Source: Octopus bimaculoides
Taxonomy: Eukaryota
Direction of reading: 5' to 3'
Assembly (NCBI RefSeq): GCF_001194135.2
Contig: NC_068983.1
Location: 26,912,336 to 26,949,863, forward strand
Length of the DNA stretch: 37,528 nt
Within the stretch, counting starts at the first letter, position 1. Each line of letters opens with the position of its first letter. Under the pieces are notes generated by a model, which saw only the letters and a program-made list of their open reading frames with translations, made no database searches and was not told the origin of the DNA. The position numbers and the translations under genes were made by a program. Shown here in pieces: positions 1 through 12,941 of this stretch.

Positions 1-446
1 TATATATATATATATGTATATATATTTATTCGGATGAATACGTTTTATAACTATATGCAAGTCCATGTGTATGTATATTTTCGTGCATATGACTGTTTCG
101 TAGAAATCATATCTGTTTTCATATCATGAAATGTCAAAGGTTTTGAAATCATCCATATTGAAGCAAGACTTCTATCGTTAACCCCATAGCATTCTATTGC
201 TATCTTGTTCTATGCTATCTTTATCTATAGGCTTTGTATATGTTTGCATGCACAATATATACTTATAAGACAAATCGTGCGTTTTGTTTTCTATAATCGT
301 TTCAGTACAGGAGACGTAATGAAATACTCAGTTTCAAATACCCGCGCACACACAAGCATACGTAGATAGGTGAATACACATCCCGACAGACAGACAATCA
401 GACAAGTATCGAAATGTGTAGGAATTTAGTTGATTATATTTATTAT

Positions 447-592
447 TTTGTTTCAGTCATTTGATTGCAGTCGTGCTAGAGCATCACTTTAAAAGGAGTT
501 TTAGTCGAAGAAATCTAGCCAGGGCTTATTCTTTGTAAGCCTAGTACTTCCTTATCTATTAGTCTCTGTGCCGAACCGCTAAGATGCGGTAT
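447..592 (-). mobile_element. 3' half of a tRNA-derived SINE (same family as 36789-37238)
   Basis: The reverse complement (cttagcggttcggcacagagact...gtactaggcttacaaagaataagccctggctagatttcttcgactaaa...gcacgactgcaatcaaatgactgaaacaaa) aligns by eye to 37085-37225. It abuts a (CA)n tract. Confidence 0.85.
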
Positions 593-686
<94 letters not shown>

Positions 687-789
687 ACACACACACACAC
701 ATACAGAGAGAGAGATTTATAGAGAAACAGGCAGACAGACAGACAGACAGATAGATAGATAGATAGATAGATAAAGAGAGAGAGACAGG

Positions 790-821
<32 letters not shown>

Positions 822-842
822 GGGGGAGAGATAGATAAACAT
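593..842. repeat. Compound microsatellite (CA)n-(GA)n-(GACA)n-(GATA)n
   Basis: Directly visible; explains ORFs 515..700 and 559..804. Confidence 0.97.
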
Positions 843-1989
843 TTCTGTGTGTGCGTGTGTGTTTTGTATAGGTATGTATAGATGTACGGATGGATGGATG
901 GATGGATTATTGCCTGTTTTTCTCTACAGGTGTGTGTGTGTGTGTGTGTGTGTTTATAATGGAATAAAATTTCTCATTTACCTAATATTACCGAAAACCT
1001 GTTTTGAACAAACATATCATGTACATGAGATATCAAAATATGACTACATTTACATAATATCTGAGAGATAAGCAACACTGAAAACACTTTACACAACTTT
1101 TCTATACTAACTAACCTTCATATTCATTTCGTTTATAATATATCTTCTTCTTCAGCTTATCAAATTGAGAATTCTGACTTAGCAAGCAAAGATTACTATC
1201 AAGCCTGCAGGAAAATATAATTCCTCAGACAGTCTGGCGTATTAGAAAATCTTATGTATTAGGTATGTGTTTTGGTATGTGAATAAAATTATTGACATAA
1301 CCTTTAAAGATTAACTAAATATTTCTAACTCGGAAAATGTTAAATAAATGTCATAGTATTTTATGTGCATCTATGTAATAAAGAGTAATATGATTAAATT
1401 TCACTGAGTACAACGTTTAATTGTACTTTAAAGAGAACTTACGTTTTTGAAAAATTGTAGCACCGGCTATATATTCAATTCTCATAAAATATTTCTGAAG
1501 GAAGACTAATTATTGTATAATATCTGCAATGGTTTCCATTATAATTTTCATATCAGATATGAAAAAGCAAGTAATCAATTCCCCACTCATTTATCAGTTA
1601 AAGTATTAGAAGAATTTCATTTCGATTCTTATCTTCGCGTATAATGATATAGTTGTTTGACATGTGTTTCCTTCGTAAATATCAATTATAATTCTTGCTG
1701 CCAAAATATAATTTTTTGTTCTCATGAAAAAAGTTTTAATTAAAATTAATTTCTTCATCTTTAATGCTATAGTAAAGTCTATTCCGTTAAGTATGTAATT
1801 TTTACCTTCTTCCTCTGTGTGTGTGTATGTGTGCATATATTTATGTACATATTTATATACATATCCATAAATATTTCTTCATATCTATGGAGTGTTATAA
1901 ATGGCTTTCTACATTATATTGAATGTACAGTTGATGCATACACTAGCACAGGCTGTTTGGCATACTTTGGTAAGGGATATGAAATACTA

Positions 1990-2330
1990 ACCTCAAATCA
2001 ATTCTGCGTGAGCAATATAGTAAAGTGGGTGTCCAAAAACTTGATGAAGATCGATCTTTAGAAGAGCGTGAGGGAATTCGGTCCAGTTTGGGATACGAAA
2101 TAGCATCTGAACTATCATATAAAGAAATAGTTCTTGCATGATAATTTTTGAAACGATCACAGGCTGCAAGTCAGTAGCGATTTTGTTGCAAGCAATCCTA
2201 GCCTTTCGTTTTCCTTGATCAGTCACATCGTAGTTATGAGATAAAAACTTGGATGTGTGGAGGCGATGACGTTTTCTTTGGTATGGAATGTGGAATGACG
2301 ATACATTAGGACATGGTCTCATTAGCACGC
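1990..2330 (+). mobile_element. Highly decayed mariner-like transposase remnant
   Basis: Frameshifted motif-like pieces in the expected order: SILREQ / WVSKNL (WVPxxL) / FLKR-ITG / AMTFSLVWNVE (KVMxxVFWD). Multiple stops. Confidence 0.35.
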
Positions 2331-4540
2331 ATAGGAATGGCGGATGTATCAAAAATAAAAACACATAAAATGGCGAGTGTATTTTCGACAGAATTAATGA
2401 GTCCGTTCATTCAGGTGACTTGAGTTACGAGTCGGAGGAGGTTGTGTCGAATGTGACTGTATGTTGGAGAAGAATGTTAAGGTAGTGTTCGAATGAGTGG
2501 TGGCGTGGTTGTAAACGCTGAAGCTTATTGGGATATCTGGATTGCCATCACCCAACAGTATGGGCATGAAGAATGTTGATATAGAGCAGTCAAAACAACA
2601 AAGCATTCAGCTCCCGGGGCGAAAGCATTTAGCTGATATTTGCGTGACTTCTAGCATTTGTGACCGTCGAGATCACTAATTACAATGAGTAAAATTTAAA
2701 GTGTGACAGAGTGCTCCTACGCTGAGAAACACCTTGTTGTATGCTTAGTCCTAGTACTTGCATCAGTTTCTATCCCTAACGTTACCGTTGTGATGATAGT
2801 GTTAAGACTCTTTGTCTGTGACAACCATCAAGAGCAAATAAGAAACCGGTAAGCTATATACATTAGATCATCAGTGGCCATACGTTTACGAACCAAACAT
2901 ATAAGAACAAATAGTTTTCATGTTTATATTACCATTGAAATGTTGGCTTCTTTATTGCTATGTAGCTCCCATGGTTAAATCTTGCTGTCGAATTCTTCCC
3001 ATGTTTATTTCGCGATTCTAGAGATTTGGGGGTAACAGTGCTAATGAAATAATAACGTGGGATAATCATTAGTTATAGAATGTTATCAATAATATTTCAG
3101 TACTAGCATGTCACTACGAACCAATGTCCGTAGAATTCACTATTTCAAAGGCGCATACTTCAGATATCAATACAAAAATACATTAACTATTAAATCCTTA
3201 ACTATAAGAATTATGACAAAAATTTATGTATATAAGCAAAACCAATAGCATTAGAAATCTGTTTCAATTGCTACACATTGTGGTAACTTAAATTATAGAT
3301 AAAACTTGTATATTTCAATTCAAATGAAACATCTATGACTTTTACCGACCACTTGTAGCTACTCAGCACAATAACGTAAGAATATAGAATGATAGGCTGC
3401 TGTAAAGTAAATAAATAATTTGCGAGTCATAAAAATTAAAATTGAAATTAGGACCAAAGATGTGCTTAAGCTTCTGAGACGAATGTTTCAGTTATTTCGC
3501 AGATTGATAGTTTTTCTTCAAATTAAACTCGGTTTTCCTTTGTAATATGTCGTTACATTTAAAAGCAGTACTGAGATCACAAGCGGTGTCTTTGGGGAAC
3601 CAAAAATAAATTCTTTCTCTATCGAAATATTCAAATATTTTTTCCAGTTCCCAGAGCATTATCTGCCCATGCTCACACGTTTTGATGTGATTTTATCAAC
3701 TTCACTTTTTTTGTGTGATATGGCTTCCACATATTCTTTCTGATTACCAAATTGTCCCTAAAGTTTATAAATTCTAACTGAAGAACAGTTCGTATCAATT
3801 TTGAAGATTTTATAATTCAGCCTAATAGTATTAAGCATTATAATATAAATACTTGCGGTTTTATAGGACTTTACTCGTCCGATATCCTCTTAAAATATTC
3901 GAGAAATTTGATATATCTTTGACCGATAATATTAATGAGAACATTTCGTAGTAAATTACAGTCTTCATTTTGTAATTAAAGTGAATTTCTAACACCTGTA
4001 GTTTTTGTTATTTGTATGACTGTATTTTTAATGGTATACATTTATACATCTGTCTATGAAAAACAGGGAAATGCGAGAATATTACTCGACTGGGTCAGGA
4101 TACAAATGAAACAAAACTGAATTATAGGCAAAATTTATAGATAATCAGTTGCTATCAAGTTGCAGCTAATATACACATATGTACACCAAACAAGTAGCAT
4201 AAGAATCTGCTGATTTAATGACACACACAGACATATGCATATGTGTATAAGTATATGTTTCTGCGTATACACACAACTTTATATATCATTTTCGAAAGAG
4301 ACATACGAGACGTGAGAGGTTCAAGTTCTTCATAGCAATAAATATGTGCTGGTTTATAATATAGGATCAACCACATAAGGTCGCATGTATCTACGTGTAC
4401 CTAGGTATCACTAAATGCACACACCCGCATACACGCATACACGCATGCACACAGGCATATATATACACGCACGCTCGCCCACATACATACACGCTTACGC
4501 TCGCGCGCGCACACTCGGGTATCACTATATATATATATAT

Positions 4541-5488
4541 NNNNNNNNNNNNNNNNNNNNNNNNNNNNNNNNNNNNNNNNNNNNNNNNNNNNNNNNNNNN
4601 NNNNNNNNNNNNNNNNNNNNNNNNNNNNNNNNNNNNNNNNNNNNNNNNNNNNNNNNNNNNNNNNNNNNNNNNNNNNNNNNNNNNNNNNNNNNNNNNNNNN
4701 NNNNNNNNNNNNNNNNNNNNNNNNNNNNNNNNNNNNNNNNNNNNNNNNNNNNNNNNNNNNNNNNNNNNNNNNNNNNNNNNNNNNNNNNNNNNNNNNNNNN
4801 NNNNNNNNNNNNNNNNNNNNNNNNNNNNNNNNNNNNNNNNNNNNNNNNNNNNNNNNNNNNNNNNNNNNNNNNNNNNNNNNNNNNNNNNNNNNNNNNNNNN
4901 NNNNNNNNNNNNNNNNNNNNNNNNNNNNNNNNNNNNNNNNNNNNNNNNNNNNNNNNNNNNNNNNNNNNNNNNNNNNNNNNNNNNNNNNNNNNNNNNNNNN
5001 NNNNNNNNNNNNNNNNNNNNNNNNNNNNNNNNNNNNNNNNNNNNNNNNNNNNNNNNNNNNNNNNNNNNNNNNNNNNNNNNNNNNNNNNNNNNNNNNNNNN
5101 NNNNNNNNNNNNNNNNNNNNNNNNNNNNNNNNNNNNNNNNNNNNNNNNNNNNNNNNNNNNNNNNNNNNNNNNNNNNNNNNNNNNNNNNNNNNNNNNNNNN
5201 NNNNNNNNNNNNNNNNNNNNNNNNNNNNNNNNNNNNNNNNNNNNNNNNNNNNNNNNNNNNNNNNNNNNNNNNNNNNNNNNNNNNNNNNNNNNNNNNNNNN
5301 NNNNNNNNNNNNNNNNNNNNNNNNNNNNNNNNNNNNNNNNNNNNNNNNNNNNNNNNNNNNNNNNNNNNNNNNNNNNNNNNNNNNNNNNNNNNNNNNNNNN
5401 NNNNNNNNNNNNNNNNNNNNNNNNNNNNNNNNNNNNNNNNNNNNNNNNNNNNNNNNNNNNNNNNNNNNNNNNNNNNNNNNNNNNNNNA
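4541..5488. other. Assembly gap (N run)
   Basis: N run; (TA)n on the left flank. Confidence 0.99.
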
Positions 5489-6365
5489 AATAAGAAGTGT
5501 CATGCCAGAATAGACTTGGAACAGGAAACATGAAACATGATATTCTTGTGGTGAGTGGTCAGTGGTCAACCTAAGCGAATTACAACTTAAGTGTACTAAC
5601 CTATCTACATATCCTTATCTAAATGAAGAAGGGTGAAGGAAGTGTAACGGGTAATTATAACATAGAAGACCTTAAAGAATTCATCAATAAACATGTCAGA
5701 CCCACCACTGATATAGACAGACACAGCTCATACATATCTATCTCTTACGACCTTTAAGATCTCTGTATCTATTCTATTATCACTTTATCTTCTTCTACAT
5801 TTAGATGTTCCTCACTACCCTTCACCAACCCATCTAAATAGCTTAGATGTAGCTTACTTGACTATCCAGTCATTCTCTTATTACTTCCTAGATTAACAGC
5901 CCCACCGATATGACTCCCTTTATTTTTTTTTATTTTTTTTTTTATCTTATTTTATTTTAAATTTTATTTTTATTTTTATTTTAAGTTTATTCTTACTTTT
6001 TTACATGAATATCTGTGTATGTCTTTTTATTGTATTGTATTGTTCTTAACCACCAACTTAACACTACACACTGAATCGTGGCAAGGTTTGGAAGGTTTTC
6101 GGAGGACCGGAGAGATTATGTCTGGGTGGAGAATTATACGAGGTATAGTACTATACAGAATACCGAAAGGATCTTCACCTCTTACACCACACATTTCTTC
6201 CTTCTTCAACGCCGAGATGGTATAATTTCCTGGGAGAGAGATAATTTTGCGGCTGAGGATAGCTTTACGTTGTAAATTATACACATGTTATGTTATGTTA
6301 TGTTATATTATATTATATTATATTATACACATGTAAAGCTTGAAACACGTGTACCGCGGAATCCT
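5489..6365 (+). mobile_element. Probable 3' end / pseudo-LTR region of a Penelope-like element, ending in a hammerhead
   Basis: Ends in a PLE-type hammerhead at 6245-6361. A weak endonuclease C-terminus-like peptide (IEDLKEFINKHVRPT) lies near 5660-5710. The 5' part is lost in the gap. Confidence 0.4.
6245..6361 (+). ncRNA. Type I hammerhead ribozyme, PLE-type, near-intact core
   Basis: Stem I TTTTGCGG (6245-6252) pairs with CCGCGGAA (6354-6361; 6 WC + 2 GU). Core CTGAGGA 6253-6259. Stem II AGCTTTAC (6261-6268) / GTAAAGCT (6333-6340). GAAA 6342-6345. Palindromic stem III ACACGTGT. GUA cleavage triplet, cut predicted after 6353. Confidence 0.8.
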
Positions 6366-6397
6366 TTGTAGTTTTGTTGTTATTTTTGGGATTTACA

Positions 6398-6436
<39 letters not shown>

Positions 6437-7609
6437 ATTTCTCTAATAGCGAGGTCTCATTCTTTTGTTGTTACATTTTATTATTATTATTATCATTATT
6501 ATAGATTTGCCCAGAATTAGAAGCCATTAATCATCATCCTAGTATTATGAGTATGACAATTGAGATAATCATGCAATATCTGTATGTGTAATCACAATCA
6601 ACCACGAACTGTTTAACATCTTCAGTCTAACGAGAATGAACAACAGTTCAGAACAAAATGCCCGCAAGTTATAAAATATTGCGAGACAACAAGCTTAGTA
6701 AACATTTATTCTCATTGTCAGCTGCCTGATGTACATCACTACGGTTTTGACACCCAGGGAGTGCCATTGTTGAGTTGGTATCAACACAAACACTGCCAGG
6801 AAATAACTAGACAAGTTGTCCGACCAAACCATTAGTGTCATATATCCATTATGTATTCGCCTGCTTCCTATTACATAAACCAACCTGGTATATAAACAAA
6901 ATCATCTTAACCTCTAACTTTAAAGCTAGAAACTGAAAAGAAGCATCTATGTAAAACGAAATTACCCGCCAAAACAACACAGCTTCTATCTCAAAAACTA
7001 AACAACAGAAGGAAATAGAACTAGTTTTGGGCAAAATTTAGTAAATCCCCGATACATAGCATGGAATATAATAACAGCCCCCAAAATAACATAACTGGAA
7101 CTTCAAACACACAGATTAATTCACAAACACAGCCTAATAGATGTGTTCTTTTGCAGACAATAACACTTCCCAAGAATGAAAACTTACGAAAACAATGTAA
7201 TCTAATGTACACTAGCAGAACAGTTTACCTTTTAACCAAACTATGTGCTAAGGAAAAGACTAGCAAATAATAGAATATATATTAAATTAAAAACTCCTTA
7301 TTGGAAAATCAGAATAAAATATTCATAAATCATATAAAATATACAATAATATAGATGACAAAAACTTCGATATTTTAATAAATTAATAATTCAATTAACC
7401 AAACTACACACAATCCAATAACTTTACTTTAATGACACGGGTTTAAATATCTACTATTTGTGAACAATTTAAATTAAAACTATAACTTTTCAATAAACCC
7501 GATTATGGAAAATATCTAGTTAGTACTTCCACCGAAACTCAAATAAATATTTCATTACAAAAATCCTAGTAACATCTAGTAACAATTATATATATATATA
7601 TATATATAT

Positions 7610-8447
7610 NNNNNNNNNNNNNNNNNNNNNNNNNNNNNNNNNNNNNNNNNNNNNNNNNNNNNNNNNNNNNNNNNNNNNNNNNNNNNNNNNNNNNNNNNNN
7701 NNNNNNNNNNNNNNNNNNNNNNNNNNNNNNNNNNNNNNNNNNNNNNNNNNNNNNNNNNNNNNNNNNNNNNNNNNNNNNNNNNNNNNNNNNNNNNNNNNNN
7801 NNNNNNNNNNNNNNNNNNNNNNNNNNNNNNNNNNNNNNNNNNNNNNNNNNNNNNNNNNNNNNNNNNNNNNNNNNNNNNNNNNNNNNNNNNNNNNNNNNNN
7901 NNNNNNNNNNNNNNNNNNNNNNNNNNNNNNNNNNNNNNNNNNNNNNNNNNNNNNNNNNNNNNNNNNNNNNNNNNNNNNNNNNNNNNNNNNNNNNNNNNNN
8001 NNNNNNNNNNNNNNNNNNNNNNNNNNNNNNNNNNNNNNNNNNNNNNNNNNNNNNNNNNNNNNNNNNNNNNNNNNNNNNNNNNNNNNNNNNNNNNNNNNNN
8101 NNNNNNNNNNNNNNNNNNNNNNNNNNNNNNNNNNNNNNNNNNNNNNNNNNNNNNNNNNNNNNNNNNNNNNNNNNNNNNNNNNNNNNNNNNNNNNNNNNNN
8201 NNNNNNNNNNNNNNNNNNNNNNNNNNNNNNNNNNNNNNNNNNNNNNNNNNNNNNNNNNNNNNNNNNNNNNNNNNNNNNNNNNNNNNNNNNNNNNNNNNNN
8301 NNNNNNNNNNNNNNNNNNNNNNNNNNNNNNNNNNNNNNNNNNNNNNNNNNNNNNNNNNNNNNNNNNNNNNNNNNNNNNNNNNNNNNNNNNNNNNNNNNNN
8401 NNNNNNNNNNNNNNNNNNNNNNNNNNNNNNNNNNNNNNNNNNNNNNN
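7610..8447. other. Assembly gap (N run)
   Basis: N run flanked by (TA)n on both sides. Confidence 0.99.
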
Positions 8448-8505
8448 TATATATATATATATATATTATGCATGTTTGTGCTTGTTTCTTTGTGAGTGTG
8501 TTTGA

Positions 8506-8538
<33 letters not shown>

Positions 8539-8574
8539 TGTGTCTGTGTAACAAGCGTGAGGTTTGTAGCATTT

Positions 8575-9110
8575 GGATCCAAATCTCGAATCCTCTTTTT
8601 CACATTAACCGAGCTTCTGTTTCAGGATCATAGATATAACGAGCACATTTCATTCTCTCACCAAACTTCAAAAGTTAAATGTTAATTTTCATTAAACTCA
8701 TAATGAACACGAAGACTGACTTCTTTCATTCTCTCCTTCGAATCTTTTTATAGCCACCGAAACTCTCGCGCTCATTCTGCCACCATCCAGTAAAAAATAG
8801 TATCCGTAGTCCAGTTATGCAACAAGATCACAGTGTGAATTGTTGAATGTGCATGAAGGTCTACTAACACTCATTGGAGACACATGATATCGGTCGCTGC
8901 TGTTGTTTTGCCACTGCTGTTTGTGTATATAATGTTTGATTCACTTTCTTGAAACCTCTTTATTTAACAGTGCACATGGTTCTTTTAAACACTTTTCTAT
9001 GCGTAAACAACATTAATCCTTCTGCGGATGTCGAACAGCCTGCATTCATCCTCCGTTAAGAACTGACAGACAGCACGGGGGTGCTTCTGTTTGAACTCAA
9101 TATTTAACTT
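8575..9110 (-). mobile_element. Decayed mariner transposase, N-terminal half
   Basis: Minus strand gives KHPRAVCQFLTEDECRLFDIRRRINVVYA*KS (mariner N-terminal HTH, like EQRAVIxFLxxEG...IHRRMxxVYG) and, downstream, YIYDPETEARLM*KRG (HYDPETKxQSMxW motif). Confidence 0.65.
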
Positions 9111-9182
9111 CAAAAACAAAAGAATGGAAATAAGAGTTACTATAGAGTAATAGTTAGTAAAACTACATGCAAAATTTCAATA

Positions 9183-9260
9183 CAATAATCCCTCGAAAAC
9201 GCGGGTGTTACGTTCCAAAACCCACCGCGATAAGTGAACCGCGATATAGAAAGGAATTAC
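9183..9260 (+). mobile_element. Left end of a pogo/Tigger-like DNA transposon or MITE
   Basis: TA (9181-9182) followed by CAATAATCCCTCG..CGCGGGTGTTACGTTCCAAAACCCACCGCG, resembling MER2/Tigger-type termini (CAGTxxTCCCTCG...GTTCCAxGACCCCCCGCG). The other end is not seen (gap at 9304). Confidence 0.5.
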
Positions 9261-9303
9261 TGTATCGATTTGAGTACAACATTCCTTTTTATAAGAATAT
9301 ATA

Positions 9304-9535
9304 NNNNNNNNNNNNNNNNNNNNNNNNNNNNNNNNNNNNNNNNNNNNNNNNNNNNNNNNNNNNNNNNNNNNNNNNNNNNNNNNNNNNNNNNNNNNNNNNN
9401 NNNNNNNNNNNNNNNNNNNNNNNNNNNNNNNNNNNNNNNNNNNNNNNNNNNNNNNNNNNNNNNNNNNNNNNNNNNNNNNNNNNNNNNNNNNNNNNNNNNN
9501 NNNNNNNNNNNNNNNNNNNNNNNNNNNNNNNNNNN
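9304..9535. other. Assembly gap (N run)
   Basis: N run. Confidence 0.99.
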
Positions 9536-10811
9536 TATAAGCGTTCGTCGGACAGTTGTTCTGAACCAAAACTGTTCGACGAACGGGAACGTGAAACTCT
9601 GAGCAACAGCTTTTGTGGTATTTTGCAGCTTTATTAAAAAGCATATTCAAGCGCGCGCACGCACACACACGCACACACACACGCGAACACACAAACACAT
9701 ACACACACACACACATATGTATATATGCATGTATATTTTTCGTATGTATGTATGTATGTACGTATGCGTCTGTATGCTTGTGTGAATAAATTAATTTAAT
9801 GGTTGCATAATTGTATTCATGCGTGAAGGCGAATCTCTGCAAAATCCATTTGGGATTTTCATATTAGCAGTTCTCAGCCATTGCTGGCAATGAAGCAAAT
9901 GATTTTGCAATTTTTATTATGAACTAAATGCCATTTGTTTAGAAAGCGCAGTGATTGTGTGTAGAGCGTTTAAGGGTACTATGCAAACCAGTACGAAGAC
10001 CAGTTACTCGGATCGTTGTAAATTTTCAACCCAAATTTCCTTTCTTAGTGCAGATGTATGATCTGTATGTACCCCATTTCAAAATTATAAATATTATAGG
10101 CATTATTGCCCTGAGTGTAAGTTTTACCGCATCCTAATGTATTCTAAAGTCGTTTAAATTTCAAATGCCTTTATGCTTTTAAACCTTAAATATATTTGGG
10201 AATTTCCGTATGTGATAGTCTTACAGTATCTCTAACTGTATAGCGATAAAGTTATTGAAATATGTTACCGAATAGTAAATGGATTATCAGCAAGGCTGTT
10301 GCTAAAATAAGTTTACCGTGTCTCTCCCTTTAATGGACAACTTCCATTAAATCCTTAACGTTATGCAGTCGTGGTATTTGTATTTCATATTCATAGTTCT
10401 TTTAGATAAATCAGTATAATCTTTAGAGAGTGAATAGCTAGCTGTGAATGCATTAATGCAATAATCCATGAAATTGGAAAGAAATTATTTGCAACGTGAA
10501 GTATTTTACTCGATTAAAACATTGCAACAAACAAGGTGAATTAAATGTGGATAGTGGTCTGATATTTATGCTACTAGTATTTCCAATTATTCAGGAAAAG
10601 ATTTTGTGTAAATATTATTTAACGCCATATTAGCCGTCTTGCAAAATTCTTGGTTCTCTAAAAAATAGTTTTTAATATATTTAAATAAAGTATTTTTCTG
10701 ATTTGTAGATCTCTGAAAACTAGGCCGTAAATTCCATATTTCTAGTTTTCGTAGTGTGTCTCAGGGTCTATATGCAATCATATTCATATTCACGCTAATC
10801 ATCCTTTAAAG

Positions 10812-11150
10812 CAATGGTTATCAACCAAGGTCTTATGACACCTAGCGGTCAATACAAGATTTCTGAAGGGTCCACGCAAGCAAAATAGTAAACTGGAAAC
10901 CTACAGTAATGTACTAAGAGGCTGTAAAAATAATCATGCTTTAGATGTATTTTTTACAAGAAACGGCTACGTTTACTCTACCATTTTAGCATACCTCAAC
11001 CGACACAAGTTAACGTCTGAAAAGCAGAATAGGAATGTTGAAAGAAGTGTCTATAAAACTAGTTATTAAATTTAAACATCAAATGGTTATCGTGGGTCCA
11101 TGAGAATAAATCAAAGAGATGTATAGCTGAAAAATACTTAAGAACCATAA
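10812..11150 (+). mobile_element. hAT (Charlie-like) MITE, about 339 bp
   Basis: Left TIR CAATGGTTATCAACC; degenerate right TIR ACTTAAGAACCATAA. 8-bp TSD CTTTAAAG (10804-10811) / CTTGAAAG (11151-11158). Subterminal GGGTCCA motifs near both ends. Confidence 0.75.
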
Positions 11151-11831
11151 CTTGAAAGCAATGAACCGCAAAGCTTCATTATAATATAAGTGCACTTTAT
11201 CAAAAGAAAATATTAAGATGTAATACTCGTTAGACGAAATCTAGATTTCACAAACTTTTAAAGGGCAAATGAAAAGAAATCTATTTATGTAGCTATTTAA
11301 TAATTTCAGCTGGTTTCCTATATAGAAAGTACTTATTAATTTCAAAACGAAAGTAAAATGAGCAGGAAAGAAAAATATTTATCATATTCTTCATTTCACT
11401 TCTTATAGAGTCTCCCATGTTTTAACAGAAAAAAATGCGATCTAATCCATTGGATTTAAAAAAACAACAACCTGTGTATGTAAACGGATTCGGCTCGAGT
11501 GTGCAGCCACATTAGAGACGAGTTTGTCCCAGTATCTGTGTCGTGGAAGCGATTGAAACTATAAAACTACCATCAGAAAGACCACCAAAAGAACAGAGCT
11601 GTGAAAGGTTTAATTCCAACCACGTTCTAAAGGTAATTATTTTCAACTGAATTGACTGAAGCAAAGTAAAATTAAGAGTAATGATCAAAAGAAAAACGCA
11701 ACAACACTTGAGAAGATAGACCCTTGGATAACGGGACCAATAATCGAAGCACAACGCTGCGAGACATGAAGCTGATAACGATTTGGGTATTGTTTTTGAT
11801 GTAGGGATACTAAGTAAATGCAACATTTATA

Positions 11832-11929
11832 TATACATACATACATACACACACACGTATACATATATTTGTGCGTGTGTATAGATAGATAGACAGATAG
11901 ATAGATAAATAAGTAGATAGGTAGATAGG

Positions 11930-11979
<50 letters not shown>

Positions 11980-11993
11980 CATACATACATATA

Positions 11994-12022
<29 letters not shown>
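11832..12022. repeat. Compound microsatellite (CATA)n-(GATA)n-(CATA)n
   Basis: Directly visible; explains ORFs 11685-12022. Confidence 0.97.
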
Positions 12023-12025
<3 letters not shown>

Positions 12026-12941
12026 AAAACTGAGGGAGTGGAGCAGGTAAAAATCTAGGCTACATATATTCCCTAGCTAGGAAATCCTCTGATGTAATAA
12101 TTATTCAATGAGAAGAAGCGTGCCTCAATTAGACGGTCACTGCATGCGGAAGAGGAAGAAATGGACTTCTAATATGGGTCGCAAGGAAAACAAAACTGAC
12201 CCGGCATGCGTGATATTTATGAGCAAGAGATCGGGTCTGCGCTTGTGTGCGCATGGGCGCGCGTGCGTGTTTGTGTAAGATAATGTGTGCGTGTATGCTA
12301 ATGAATATGCGTGTCTCTACAAATATATATCTATACCCAATACACAAACATAAAGACACACACGCATATATTAATGTGAGTATGCTGCACCCAAGAAAGC
12401 AATAATGTAGAATCACTGAAAATTTTATAATTATTCAGTGACCTTTAAGCAAAACAGTTTGGAAAATGTTCATCAGTCCATTCAGAACTACTTTGGGAGT
12501 ACATTCGTCGTTTAGTTTTCTAAGCGGATAGCTAGCCCAAGGGAAATCTATAAACTACGTTAGTTACAATTGTCGTGTTAAGCCTTCAGAGATAATTTCC
12601 TTTGCATCAAAGCTTTTGTTGACGCATTCACTTCCGTTTGGCAGGCGATTTCTACAACCGCTCATTATATATGTTTACTCCATAATACAATATCCGCGTG
12701 ATGCGTTTGCACTAGTTTCATACTAGTTTCTTATAACTGGACTGTGTATTTCAGAAGATGTGAATATTCTCTGCTCCTGGCGTGCATTTGACATGCTTGT
12801 CAGTATAAGCTGTGCTGCATGTATCACTGGTGATGTTTTAGAAACATGACATTGCAGAAGATTTTCTTTTTTCAAGTATTTATTTTAAAGTTTCTATTTA
12901 TTTTTCAAGTTGATATATGTATGTATGACATTATTCAGATT

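Noticed and set aside
2607-2645. Short SINE-like piece (CCGGGGCGAAAGCATTTAGC)
   Set aside because: Too short and diverged to call, although it resembles 29730-29755.
2700-2848. Hydrophobic signal-peptide-like reading ending at CG|GTAAGC
   Set aside because: No in-frame ATG or convincing acceptor; an upstream in-frame stop.
4391-5569. Long ORFs spanning 4391-5569, 7586-8572, 9167-9842 and 25984-26936
   Set aside because: Made of N runs (X residues) plus microsatellite translation; assembly-gap artefacts.
11685-12022. YLSI/CMYV repeat ORFs
   Set aside because: (GATA)n/(CATA)n translation.
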